NCBI GenBank assembly: GCA_038087875.1
Contig: CM075978.1
Location: 12,090,001-12,154,000 of the forward strand
Length of the DNA stretch: 64,000 nucleotides
Direction: 5' to 3'
DNA from: Malacoraja senta
Taxonomy: Eukaryota
Shown here: piece after piece, positions 37,688 to 50,558 of the stretch
Layout of the letters: each line of letters opens with the position of its first letter
How positions within the stretch are numbered: position 1 is the stretch's first letter
The notes under the pieces: generated by a model
What the model was told of the DNA's origin: nothing
The model's database searches: none
The model's input: the letters and a program-made list of their open reading frames with translations, nothing else
Position numbers and translations under genes: made by a program

Positions 37688-38590
37688 AGTGCCTCCACTG
37701 TCAGAGTGAGACCAAAAGCAAATTGGAGGAACTGCACCTCATATTTCGCTTGGGCATTTTGCAATCCTGTGATATGGATATTGAAGATAGACACAAAATG
37801 CTGGAGTAACTCAGCGGGACAGGCAGCATCCTTGGAGAGAAGGAATGGGTGATGTTTCGGGTCGAGACCCTTCTTCAAATATTAATAATAATAATAATGA
37901 TGGATTGGATTTATATAGCGCCTTTCTAATACCCAAGGCGCTTTACATCGCATTATTCAGTCACACTCGGTGGTGGTGAGCTACGTCTGTAGCCACAGCT
38001 GCCCTGGGGAAGACTGACGGAAGCGTGGCTGCTAATCTGCGCCTACGGCCCCTCCGACAACCACCAATCACTCACACGCATTCACACACATTCACACGCA
38101 GGCAAAGGTGGGTGAAGTGTCTTGACCAAGGACACAACGACAGTATGCACTCAGAGCGGGATTCGAACCGGCTACCTTCCGGTTGCCAGCCGAACACTTA
38201 GCCCATTGCGCCATCTGTCGTCCTAAATATTGATTTCTCTAACATCAAGTAACCCTTGCATCCCCTCTCTCTCCATCCCTCCCCCACCCTAATTGTCGTA
38301 CTAGTTTCACTATTGTCCTGTTGAGTTTCATTGTCTGCATAACTCGTTATCACCTAGCCCGCATCCAACAATGGACAATTGTGGGCTCCACCTTTCCTTG
38401 ATCATTGTTACTTTTTTGCATATGTTTCCTTCATTTGTTTTATATCTCTCTATATCAGTGTCTATATCTCTCGTTTCACGTTCGCCTGACTCTCAGTCTG
38501 AAGAAGGGTCTCGACACAAAACATCAACCTCTTCCTTTTCTCCAGAGATGCTGCCTGACCAGCTGAGTTACTCCAGCGTTTTGCGTCTAA
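37688..38590 (+). mobile_element. Penelope-like 3' fragment interrupted by an inverted terminal-repeat piece and a SINE
   Basis: KLEELHLIFRLGILQ at ~37720; resumes at 38225 (aatattgatttctctaac); degenerate hammerhead motif at 38498. Confidence 0.75.
37884..38224 (-). mobile_element. tRNA-derived CORE-SINE with L2 tail (AFC-like)
   Basis: A box TGGCGCAATGG, B box GGTTCGAATCC, CORE gtgtccttggtcaagacacttcacc, tail gtaaagcgccttggg..aaaggcgctatataaat(ATT)n; candidate TSD aaatatt at 37877-83 and 38225-31. Confidence 0.88.
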
Positions 38591-38871
38591 CCCCGAGCTA
38601 TACTCTCCCCATGACTTGCAAAGTGTAGTCAGTATTATAATTCAGGACCGGAAGCTAATGAGAAGGAGGAGGATTCTGGTCCTGTCTATAAGCATTGGAC
38701 TCCTTTCAGAGGTCATAAGAAATGAATTGCAAAGAACAAAGGCAGATTGATCTTAATAGGAGAGTAAGGTTAATAATTAAAAAGGAATGGGTATGTTTCA
38801 CGAGCGAGCAGACAAGAAAGGATTTGGTGCTTGAGTGATTGATTGAAACATACAGCATGGAAACAGGCAGT

Positions 38872-39180
38872 ATAGAGATACAGCATGGAAACAGACCCTT
38901 CGGCCAACCGAGTCCGCAACGACCAGCGATCCCCGCACATTAACACTATCCTACACACACGAGGGACAATTTTACACTTATACCAAGTCAATTAACCTAC
39001 AAACCTGCACGTCTTTGGAGTGTGGGAGGAAACCAAAGATCTCAGTGAAAACCAACGCGGTCACGGGGAGAACATACAAACTCCGTACAGACAGCACCCA
39101 TAGTCAGAATCAAACCCGGGTCTCTGGCGCTGCAAGCGCTGTAAGGCAGCAACTCTGACACTGCGCCACCGTGCCGCCCG
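38872..39180 (-). mobile_element. HE1-type V-SINE, adjacent to an older SINE remnant reaching ~39320
   Basis: gggcggcacggtggcgcag head, V-domain, gctgtatctct tail. Confidence 0.88.
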
Positions 39181-39569
39181 CATGTCTTTGGGATGCGGGA
39201 GGAAACCACAGCACCTGAAAAAGCTCGCAAGAGAGCACGGGCAAATTCCACACGGACAGCAACTTTGTCAGGATTGAACATGAGTCTCAGGCGCTGTGAG
39301 GCAGCAGCTCTACCAGCTGCGTAAGCTTGACACCTGTGGTGTCATGCAACTGAAAAAGATGGGAACGGAGTGGAAGAATGGCAGAAATTGTGCACAATAT
39401 TGTGGGGAGCAGAAAAAGTCTGACACAGCATCCGTCAACACTGAAGAAGGGTCCCAACCTGAAATGTCACCTGTCCATATCCTCCAGAGATGCTGCCTGA
39501 CCCGCTGAGTTACTCCACCACTGTGTGTGTTTATTATAACATATGTGGATTCAGGGAGGTTGCAGTGTA

Positions 39570-39892
39570 ATAGTGGGAGAGTCTAGTACTAGAGGTCATT
39601 GCCTCAGAATTAAAGGATGTTCCTTTAGGAAGGAGATGAGGAGGAATTTCTTTAGTCAGAAGGTGGTGAATCAGTGGAATTATTCGCTACAGGAGTCTGT
39701 GGAGGCCAAGTCCGTGGATATTTTAAAGGTAGATATAGATAGATTCTTGATTAGTATGGGTATCAGGGGTTATGGAGTGAAGGCAAGAGAATGGGGTTAG
39801 AAGTGAGCGATAGATCAGCCATGATTGAATGGCAGAGTAGACTTGATGGGCCAAATGGCCTAATTATGCTCCTATCACTTATGACCTTATGA
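39570..39892 (+). mobile_element. CR1/HER1-type LINE 3' end
   Basis: TRGHCLRIKG..RRNFFSQKVVNQWN; cttatgac tail. Confidence 0.87.
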
Positions 39893-40814
39893 CCCAGTGG
39901 AGATGGAGTGTTGTCCTATCCCAAGAAGAAGAGGAGAAGCAAAGTTTGAGCATGAACTGTTGTGGGGTGAGAAACTTGTAATTTTTTGAACAAAAGAATA
40001 TAAAACATAGCACAGGAACAGACCGCTTAGTCCACAATGACTACACCGAACATGATGCCAAGTTAAACATATATCCTCTGCCGCAGTATATGGAATGAGC
40101 TGCTGGAGGAGGTAGTTGAAGCAGGTACCATCATAACGTTTAAGAGACATTTTGACAGGATAGGTTTAGAAGGATATGGGGAAACACAAACAAAGTGGGA
40201 CTCATGTAGATGGGGAATGTTGGCTAGCATGGGCAAGTTGAGCCGAAGGGCCTGTTTCCAAGTTGTATGACTCTATGACTCAAAAATTTTGTTCGGATTA
40301 ACTAATGGTTCAGATTGAATTAGAAGGGAGAAGGTTACCTCTGTGAAAGAGAGTGGATATGGCACAATGCATGTGTGAACTGGGTAAAGTGACTTTGCAA
40401 ACTAGGGGCAGCATTTTATATTAAAATTAATTGACAATCTGGTTAATTGAAAATCCAAGAACCTCTGATTTTCCACTCCTTGCGAGAGTTATTTTCCCCC
40501 CCCAGAGAATCTGAAAATTCCTGATCGACTCAAGTTATCATCTCTAATTTTGTGCCACCAATTTAGATTCCGTCCAACTATTTATCTTGTTTTCTCCAAA
40601 GCTAATCAACTGCATTATGTGCCTTCAATACAAGGTGCATTTCCTAACCAAGGTGCATTTCCTCGCCAAGCTGAGGCCAGTGTGGTTCATCAGCTTTTAT
40701 TGGTGAGTTTGAAATTATTGCTTTTATTTTGCCTGTTCTTTTGAGGCTGCAATGTATTCAGAACAAACTATGAGCAGACATTACCTCTGCATTGCTCTGT
40801 TATCTCTCGAAATA

Positions 40815-40880
40815 ACAGCTTGACAGAATGACATCTGTCATCCACCCACTACGTTGATTAATGCGTGACATTAAGAGGCC
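40815..40880. promoter_or_regulatory. Candidate TALE/HOX enhancer motif cluster
   Basis: TGACAG 40821, TGACAT 40829, CTGTCA 40835, TGATTAAT 40855, TGACAT 40866, inside a ~1.9-kb island with no recognisable repeats. Confidence 0.4.
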
Positions 40881-42217
40881 AGAGAGAAAAGGGAGAAATA
40901 GGAAAGTTATGTAAAAAGAACGGCATTTTGCTGTGTGCGCGCACGCCAATGAACTTCTGTTCGGAAACGGTTTCTGTTTAATTCATGTCTGATTATCATA
41001 TTCACTGTGGATGTGTTTATAAAAAACCTTCCAAGAGCTTTCAACTCTTTACCATCACGGAGATCTATAAAAAAGGGATTTAGTTGAGTGACTCATTCCG
41101 ATTGAAATCTAGATTTAACTTTGGTCTTACAATCACCGAAAGCTTCCAGCTGCCTAATTGAAGCAAGGGTGCATAAGTAAGTAAATGTTCAATGTTAGTG
41201 TTCACCTTTTTTCCTCATGAAATATAGGATCCATGACATTATTATTAAAATTTATTGCTGGCATCTTTAGCATTCGCACAGGGTATGAAATGCAGACGTG
41301 ACACATGTTGGTATTAAAATTAATGCTGGTATTTATAATATTTACACAGAGTCTCAAGTACCACTGCACCATAGTTGAAAATAGTGCTTTATTTATCATG
41401 TTTGCACAGAGCTTGAAATGCACACACAACCAACGTTGCTGTTCAAAGCAATGCTTATATTTGGTGTTTAGACAAGCTGGGAAATACAGACACTGCCACA
41501 TTGGCAATAAGGTTCGCTGAGATTTGCAGAAAGTGAAGAACAGAAACAAAAATATGGTGTTAAAATCAGAGTGGATACTTAAAAGGCTTATCTGGGCATT
41601 AAAATAGAGGCATCATAGCTAATCAATATTGAAATTAGTGCTGGCATTAATGAGTTTGTTCAGTCGCTGAAATTCTCTCACTGCCATGCTTAAACCATGG
41701 ATATTTTATGGCATCTCTATCACAGAACCACCAATTCAGTCTCATGCAGATGACAGAAAAGGAGACTTTCATCCTATTAGTCAAGTTGGATTGTAATCTA
41801 CACTTAGAGATAAAAGGGACAAAAGAGAGTGTGCAAGCCCATTGTGCCAGCCAATTCTGATTGCGGAAGAGCCTTTAATGTTCGTAATAGACATGAAATC
41901 CAAACCCTCATTCTTTCTCTGGTTCTAACAAGAAGGCATAATCAGACAAAACTGTGGCTTGCTCATTTACTGTCAGCGCCATAGATAATCTGTATTGGGC
42001 CAGCTAAATATGCACAGGGAAATCTGACAAAGGTAGACTGACATCCATAATGAAGGGTCTCAGGTAAAATGGACGCCCACCTTCACTTTTCAGATGCTGA
42101 CAAGAATTGTTCCGTTTTTTTATTCTCCAACTGACATGGTTTTCTTTCAAAGCGTACACGTGGGATGTTTAAAAAAAAAATTAGGTTTTCCAAAACAATA
42201 GTGGCACAATCTTTTTT

Positions 42218-43106
42218 TACAAGATACAAGATACAAGATACAAGATACATTTATTTGTCACATGTACCAATTGGTACAGTGAAATGTGTGGTCGCCATAC
42301 AGCCATACGAATAATAAAGAGCACAGAACATGATAGTTTTTAACACAGACATCCCCACACAACAGGATCAATGTTTCCCACTGTGAGGGAAGGCTCCAAA
42401 ATTCAGTCGTCCTCCTCTGTTGTCCTCCCGTGGTCGGGGGGCTCCCGAACCCCCGCTGTCATCGCTATGGGCGGCCGATGTTCAAGCCCGCTCGCCGGGG
42501 TCGCCACGGTCGCCGGGGTGATGGAAGTCAGACGCCGGGACTAGAGGACATCCTCCGCGGTTTGGACATCCGAATCGGCCACCTCCTACTGGAGTCCGCT
42601 GCTCCCGAAGTCCTTAGGCCGCGCTGGGCGGAGATTCAACGCTGGCGGCCCTCAGCAAAGGGCCCCAGGGCTCCGCGATGTTGAAGTCAGCATCGCCCGC
42701 GTTGGAAGCTCTTCAAACCACAGCTCCGCGATGTTGAAGCAGCAGGCCCAACACTTCAACGGCGATCCCAGGTAAGGCATCGCCCGCTCCGCGGTGAATC
42801 CAGCGCTGCGCCGTCGCTGCTGGAGCTCTGGTCCAGGTCCCCAGCAGGAAAGGCTGCTCCAATCCAGATGGTAGGCCACGAGAGGGGGGGGGGGGGGGCG
42901 AGGACGCGACTCGGAGAATAGTCGCATCATCGCCAGGAAGTGACTAGGAAACGGTTTCCCCCTTACTCTACCCCCCTCCCCACATAGAAAAGCTAAAGGA
43001 ACTAAAGAAACATACTTTTAAAAATAAAAATAAAAAAAAGATAGAAAAACAAACAGACTGTAGGCAGAGGCTGCCTTCAATGCGGCGCCCCTAGTGGCCA
43101 TTTTTG
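42218..43106 (-). mobile_element. GC-rich non-coding retroposon, copy B (Rex1-type (TCTTGTA)n tail)
   Basis: Tail atttcactgtaccaattggtacatgtgacaaataaa(TATCTTG)n; both ends of the body are homologous to copy A. Confidence 0.75.
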
Positions 43107-44268
43107 AACCAAAGAAAAATATCACACCTCTCTTTTCCAGCTTTCTCCACCCACCCCCCCTTCTACTCTCTGAAGAAGGGTTCCGACCCGAAACATCGTC
43201 TGTTCATTTCCTCCACAGATGTTTTCTGACCTGCTGAGTTCCTCCAGCACTTTATGTTTTGCTCAAGATTCCCACATCTGTAGTCCCTTGTGTCTCCATT
43301 GACTTGAAACATTATCTCTTTGTCTCTCTCCGCAGATGTCCCCCGACATACTGAATAATTTGAGCATTTTTACCCCAAAGAGTCAATGACATTATTGTTA
43401 AAAAAAATCATGAATTGAATGTTCATGAATGAAACTCCATCACCTACAGTGAGGAAGCAATTACCTTAATCCACAATTATTATTCAAGTTTATTTGCTCT
43501 TTAGGGTTGGAATAAATTTGCTGCAATCAAGACCTAGGATTCTAAGAGACCCGTTGTATCCAATTTATTTCCCCTGTTAAAGTGGGTGAACTTCCAAATC
43601 AAATCCTTGCCCAAGAGTTAAGATCTGTTCTGCAGGTTATTTTTTTTAATGAAAAGCAACACTAATTCTGTTGGCAACAATTTTTACCTAATTACAGCAA
43701 ATATAAAAGCAATGCAACATCAAGTTTAACACCAGTGAGTTATGACTGGATTTTGCAATGTTGGCAAATGCAATGTTTTTGTCAGATCTTTCCATAGCAG
43801 CCAGGAAACAATTGGGAAAAGTTTTAGAAGCTTTGGTCATAATTTTCTCTCCTTTTGTGGACCGACCGGGAAGTCTGCCTAAAGGGCTGAAGAAATAGTT
43901 GGAGTTTGATAAGAATCTAATAATTTTATGCCCAATTTCTTTACTGACAGCAGTCCTATTTTAGAAACTCAAATTAAATTCTCGGAGGTATTGTAGCAAT
44001 ATTTACGTTCACAGTTTGCAGGATTGTTGGTCTAGACCAGTGTTTTAATAGTTGAGAAATATAACCGCTAGAATTCCAAGCATATGATTTGTTCATCTTC
44101 AGAATGGGTCACTTTATTAGAAGATTTCATCTTAAAAATTATACTCCATGGTATCGAACCTCTTTGTCAAAACAGAGAGAAGGTACATATTTAGTATGCA
44201 TGTTATTTTCTCACTCTGTAATATTGCCTCTTCCTTTTCCTATTGGAGCTATTCTAAAATTTTTACCA

Positions 44269-44753
44269 CAGGTACACCTCTGATTTTCCGGCAACTGATG
44301 GTCTGGCACCTCCTTTAATTCAGAGAATAATTACGAGAGCGTTGCGTTTGGCGCACGGTCTTTCGGGACATGTGCCTCCGTGCTGAAAAGTTAATTGTTT
44401 ACTTCTCTCTTAATTCTTAAGTTCATAAGTGATAGGAGCAGAATTCGGCCATTCTGCCCATCAAGCCTACTCAATCACTCAATCATGAGTGATCTATCTC
44501 CCCCCCCCTCAACTGCATTCTCCTGCCCTCCCCATAACCCCTGACACCTGTACTAATCAAAGTTTAATCAATTGTTCATTTTTTATTTAATGTTTTAGCA
44601 GTCCATGGTGGTGTAGAGATAGGGGAGGGGTATAATTAGTGGCTCAGGGGTGTTTTGTTGGATTATTATTACTTGATTTCTGTTGGTCTGGCAAAATGAA
44701 TTATCCAGCCAGGCTCTGGAACCAAGGGTGCTGGAAAAAGGACGGTGTCCCTA
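44269..44753. mobile_element. Degenerate Tigger/pogo-like MITE with a nested CR1 tail (~44420-44560)
   Basis: Imperfect TIRs caggtacacctctgattttccggca / tgctggaaaaaggacggtgtcccta. Confidence 0.5.
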
Positions 44754-45070
44754 TGATAGAACTCTGCACATGAAATCTCCAACATCTGATTTCCAGGCAA
44801 TGCTATTCTCTGCCACTGACCCTGATATCATCTATGAGGCCCTGGGAGAAGGTTGCGGAAATGGTCCATTAACTTACGAACAGCCAATCTCTGTAAAAAG
44901 GCAGTAGTTGGGGCAAAAATCTTCATACAGAATAAGAAAAAACTGTTGATCTCCTACCACATTGTAAACATTTAATACTTGTTTATATTTTAATTTAAAA
45001 TTTGATCTAAAATCCTTAAATTTGATCCAAAACCCAGCGTTCAGCCCGGTCCTGTTCCTTTAAGAATCAA

Positions 45071-45382
45071 GGGTGGCACGGTGGTGCAGCGGTAGAGTTG
45101 CTGCCTTACAGCGCTTGCAGCACCGGAGACCCGGGTACGACCCCAACTAGAGGTGCTGTCTATATGGAGTTTGTACGTTCTCCCCGTGACCGTGTGGGTT
45201 TTCACCAAGATCTTCGGTTTCCTCCCACACTCCAAAGACGTACAGGTATGTAGGTAAATTGGCTTGGTATAAGTGTAAATTGTCCCTGGTGTGTGTAGGG
45301 TATGTTAATGTGCGGGGATCGCTGATTGGTGCTGACTCGGTGGGCCGAAGGGCCTGTTTCCGCGCTGTATCTCTAAACTAAA
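45071..45382 (+). mobile_element. HE1-type V-SINE
   Basis: A/B boxes, V-domain, ctaaa tail. Confidence 0.88.
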
Positions 45383-45989
45383 TAAGTCACGCTCAAGTCT
45401 TTTGCCAAATCCTCCTTTCACATAATTTCCTATATTAATTGCTCCTAACCTATTTTATTATGAATTTCTCTTTCTACTTTCTTATTTCTGGAATGGACTA
45501 TAGCTTTATTGCCATTTATGGCAGAGCTAATTGTCACTCAAGACTCTTAATGAAGCAACTTCTTGAACCAGCCGTCCAGGCCATTCCAGAGGAGAACTAC
45601 GAGTTATTCACATTGTTGTGATCTGGAGTTCAGTCACATAAATGCCAGACCTCCCAAGTAAGAATGGCAAAGTTCCTTCCACGAGTCAACCAGATACATT
45701 TTTACAGCAGTCTGGTAGCTTTGTGGCCACATTCCTGAGACAAGTTTGTTTTCAAATTACAGCTTAATTACATTGACTGAATTTAGGTTCCACAGCTGTC
45801 GCAGTGTGAGTGTTAGTTCAGCCTCCGGATTACTGGTCTGACAATTATCCACTTCACGTTAAAGTTTCCATGCTGAAACATTGTACCGTTTCAGCAATAG
45901 AGACCTCATACCATCCATGTGCTGCACTTCCCCTTCTGCAAGCTATATCTCAATGCCTGTACTTACTAACCATTGAATCCGTTTTAGTG

Positions 45990-46296
45990 TTAGTTTCAGA
46001 GATGCAGCGTGGAAACAGGCCCTTCGCCCCTGCTGAGCTACGCTGACCAACGTTCCCCAAACACTAACACTATCCTACAGACACTGGGGATCATTTACAA
46101 TTTTACCAAAGCCAATTAGCCTGCAAAGCTGTACATCGTTTCAGTGTGGGAGAAAACCAGAGCACCCAGAGAAAACCCACACAGGTCACAGGCAGAACGT
46201 GCATACTCTGTACACACAGCACCCTTAGTCAGGATCGAACCCGGGTCTCTGGTGCTCTAAGGCAGCAACTCTACCACTGCGCCAACATGCCGCCCC
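45990..46296 (-). mobile_element. HE1-type V-SINE
   Basis: B box GGTTCGATCC, V-domain, 3' ggcctgtttcc. Confidence 0.85.
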
Positions 46297-47929
46297 AGTT
46301 ATCACTCTCAAATCTCATCAGTTTCACTGTTCCTCCATCTATTTTGGCCTCAGCTAAACAGAGTGGAATCTGTTATTGTCTTGTTTGCATGCAAATATTT
46401 GCTTCAAACATCTGTAGCATTTTGAATACATAGAACATAGAAAAAATAGAAAAATAGGTGCAGGAGTAGGCCGTTCAGCCCTTCGGGCCAGCACCGCCAT
46501 TCAATATGATCATGGCTGATCATCTGAAACGTACCCCATTCCTGCTTTATTCCCCATATCCCTTGATTCCTTCAGCCCTAAGAACTAAGTCTAACTCTTA
46601 CGGCTGATATACATTCCTGATCAAACTTGAAGATAAGAAATAGAAGCACTAGTTAGTTAAGCCATTCAACTGATTAAGCTGATCTTTTATCTTGGTCCAT
46701 TTTCTATCATTCACTTACCCCGTGATTCCCATAATATCCAATAATTTTTTTAATTGCAAATTTAATTGATCTATTGTTCTGAATATACTCAGTAACAGAC
46801 CGCTACAGTCCACCTGGACGGATAATTCCCTTTTTCCATCCTGAATGGCTGACCTAGTATTCTGAGATGCAATTCTAGGCTATAGAAAGGCCAGTCAAGG
46901 GACACATCATCCTTGCATAAGATTACCTGTCCTTGCAGCCGTCTCCTCCTCGATTCGGGCTGTCCCGAGGACTGTTGTCCCTCTCGCCAGGAACTCCCTT
47001 CACATTATAACGGCCCCACCGCCCTCCACCCCCTCACCCCTCCCCCACCCCGACCCCTCCCCCGACCCCTCCACCCTCACCGTCCTGAGAATTCATCAGT
47101 TCAGAAACAAAGGAGAAGCAAGGAACTCATCCAACGTACTACATTGTTATAGTGTTACAGCTCCAGAGAAAGTGCAGATGAAAGATGAAAAGTGCGAGGG
47201 CCACAATGAGATAGCTGGGAGGTTAGAACTACACTCTTAGCTTATTGTTCTGTACAGTAATCTGATAACAGAAGCTGCTGTGTGTCGGAAGGAACTGCAG
47301 ATGCTGGTTTACACCAAATATAGACACAAAATGCTGGAGTAACTCAGGGGGTCAGACAGCATCTCTAGAGAAAAGGAATAGGTGGCGTTTCAGGTCAAGA
47401 CCCTTCTTCATACCCTTGCTAATATAATTGTTTTTTAAAATGGTAACAAGGAAGGATGATGTAAGGAGCACCCTTGGTGTTGTCTCCATGAATTTATTTC
47501 CACAAGTTATTTGACAGATGAATTTATGGCAGATTTATCTTACATTAAAAAATATATATATATATTCCAGAGGATTCTGTGATCAGTGGTATCATTCTCC
47601 CGTCAGGCAAGAGGTACAGGAGTGCGAAAACGCATATCTCCAGATTCAGGGACAGTTTCTTCCCAACTGTTATCAGGCAACTGAACCATCCTCTCACCAA
47701 CTGGAGAGCGGTCCTGAACTACTATCTACCTTATTGGAGACCCTCGGACTATGTTTAATCAAACTTTATTGGACTTTACCTTGCACTACAAGTTATTCCC
47801 TTAATCCAGTTTCAGCACACTGTGGTCGACTTGATTGTAGTCATGTCTAGTCCATCCGCTGACTGGATAGCAGGCAATAAAATTGTCAGGTACTCCTAGG
47901 TACATCTGACAATAAAGTAAACTAACTAA

Positions 47930-48274
47930 TGGGTCTGTCGTTGAAAATGTTGAAAAACACATGTTGAAAATCCAGCGGCGAGCAGAACAAGGTGACTACT
48001 CACGGCCATACAGGCTTCACCCCGCGACATGTCGCTGGGATGTCGCCTGTATGGTTGTGAGTAGACAAAAGTGCTGGAGAAACTCAGCGGGTGCAGCAGC
48101 ATCTATGGAGACAAAAGTGGTCGTGAGTAGTCTCCTCAGTCGTCCAAAGAGTCGTAGCGTCTTTTTGGTCACCGCTGGATTTTCAACATGTTGCAAATTT
48201 CTGGCGACCTGCAATGACCTATGACGGGTACCGGCAGTCGCCGAAAAAAAAATCGAGTAGGTGGGACAGGCCCA
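47930..48274. mobile_element. Palindromic PIF/Harbinger-type MITE
   Basis: Termini tgggtctgtc / gggacaggccca; TAA TSD at 47927-29 and 48275-77; internal inverted symmetry. Confidence 0.82.
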
Positions 48275-49261
48275 TAATCGTGCTAGTGAGTTGAATGGTG
48301 ACAAGTAACATCCAAGTCCAAACTCAAATAATAGGTCGGGAGAATCATAGCTTGTATTCCCTGATTGTGGCATCGTTGGAAAGGAGGCATACAGGATACT
48401 TTACTTCACTGGATTAAACTTGGAAACATAAGTTCAAGAAGCTCATGATGTGGATGTACAAAACATTACCCACATTCATATACAGGACTGTGTACGGGCC
48501 TGATAACCATAATATAGGCAATTTTTTGCAATTCTCTTTCAATTTATTGTGCATTGCTTCTGCCAAAAGGTTTTAAATTATGCTTTTCTCGAGTGAATTC
48601 AATTTGCTGATTCCACCCCAACCCGTCCACTCCCAATGAATGAGTCACTCAGTTGATATTTTCTCACAGTCCACAACTTTCTTCCTCACTATCAGCCACA
48701 CAGCCAAATCAGCAAACTTGCTAACCAAGGCACCTGGAATTAAATCTAAGTTATTAAATCTAAATTCTGGTGCAGAGGAGATTTGCTCCGATGTCTCCAG
48801 GGTAAGAGTTGAATTGTGACAACAGAACGGTTAAAGTGGGATTGTTTTCTTTGCAACAGAGGAGGCCGAGGGGAGATTTAATCATGGATTATAAAATTAT
48901 GAGAGGCCTAGATCGGGTGAGTAGGAAGGACATGTTTCTCCTTACCGAGAGATTAAAACTACATGACAAAAATGTAAAGGTTATGGGTAGAAGTAATAGA
49001 AGAGACCTGAGGGTGTTTTTGTTAAACCCAGAGAGAGATGGGTTTCTTAAAAGAATGGTGGAATCAGAAACCCCCATCCCATTTAAAAATACCAGGGAGC
49101 ACTCTTTACATTGTGGACTCAGAAATGGGAGGTTAGTTTGAATAACCTTTTTCTCAGACATTCTGGACATGACAAGCTGAATGGCAATAAACTTCCTTTT
49201 TCTATGATTTTATGTTTAACATTTCATCAGGTCTGAGGTTTCATCCTAGTCCGATGCCTTT

Positions 49262-49564
49262 TTTTTAGAGACACATTATTGGAACAGGCCCTTCGGCCCA
49301 CCGAGTCCATGCTGACTCATTCACACTAGTTCAATGTTATGCCATTTTCTCATCCACTCCCTGCATATTAGGGGCAATTTTGCAAATTACAATTAACCTA
49401 CCACCCCGCACATCTTTGGGATGTGGTCGGAAACCGGAGCACCTGGAGGAAACCCACGCGGTCACAGGTAGAACTTGCAAACTCCATATAAACAGTACCC
49501 GAGGTCAGGATCAAACTTGTGTCTTTTGTGCAGTGAGGCCTCAACTCTACCAGCTGTGTCACTG
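49262..49564 (-). mobile_element. Older HE1-related SINE
   Basis: V-domain ctccggtttccgaccacatcccaaaga and 3' gggccgaagggcctgtt. Confidence 0.75.
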
Positions 49565-50039
49565 TTTCAAGGTTTCAAGGTAAGTTTATTGTCACATGTA
49601 CCAATTAGGGTAGACATTTCCCCCAAAGTGGCAGTGAGTGTTAGCCAGTGTTGCACCTGCTTTTCTGCAAAGCACTAAGTAACATTGAGCAGGGATCTTG
49701 AGCATAGAGTCATACAACACAGAAACAGGCCCTTTGGCCCAACTCGTCCATGCTGACGAAATATGCTCCATATACACTAGTCCCACCTGCCCGTGTTTGG
49801 CCCCGATCTCCCTGAACCTTTCCTATTCATAAACATGTGGAAAACCGGGGAGGAGATCCACTCTGAATGTAATTATTTTATCTGGGACATATGACAATAA
49901 AACACTCTTGACTCTTGACTCTTGACTCTTGACCCACTTATTTCAGCAAGTACCTGGAATGCACTGCCTGAGAGAGTAGTTGAACAACAATTTAGTCTCT
50001 GGAGGACCAATGAATTGTTTAGTTTTTTTTTTTTTTCTA

Positions 50040-50558
50040 TTCAATCTTTAATTGTCATTGTGCAGTGTACCAGTACAGAGACAACGAAATGCAGTTAGCA
50101 TCTCACCCAGAAGAGCGAACTTAGGAATAATGAGCAGTAAAATATATATATGTACAGCAGTATCAATAGCGCAATTTTTCTGGGGGAAGGAGTGTCCGCG
50201 GGGGGGGGGGGTGATTGGCAATCACCGAGGTGCAGAGTTCAGTAGTGTAACAGCCGCAGGGAAGAAGCTGTTCCTGAACCTGCTGGTTCGGCAACGGAGG
50301 GACCTGTAGCGCCTCCCGGATGGGAGGAGGGTAAACAGTCTGTAGTTGGGGTGAGAGCAGTCCATGACGATGCTGCGCGCCCTTCGCAGACATCGCTTGC
50401 TTTGGACAGACTCAATGGAGGGGAGTGAGGAACCGGTGATGCGTTGGGCGGTTTTCACCACCCTCTGCAGTGCTTTCCGGTCGGAGACAGAGCAGTTGCC
50501 ATACCATACTGTGATGCAGTTGGTAAGGATGCTCTCGATGGTGCAGCGGTAGAAGTTC
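50040..50558 (-). mobile_element. Young Rex1/Babar LINE 3' fragment
   Basis: Open frame FYRCTIESILTNCITVWYGNCSVSDRKALQRVVKTAQRITG..LPSGRRYRS..RFRNSFFPAAV; CpG retained. Confidence 0.92.

Noticed and set aside
43084-43100. CTCF-like motif TGGCCACTAGGGGCGCC (minus strand)
   Set aside because: One G short of the consensus spacing and not conserved in copies A and C
47010-47082. C-rich tract with G-quadruplex potential on the minus strand
   Set aside because: Low-complexity sequence like many poly-C/G runs in local repeats, with nothing indicating function
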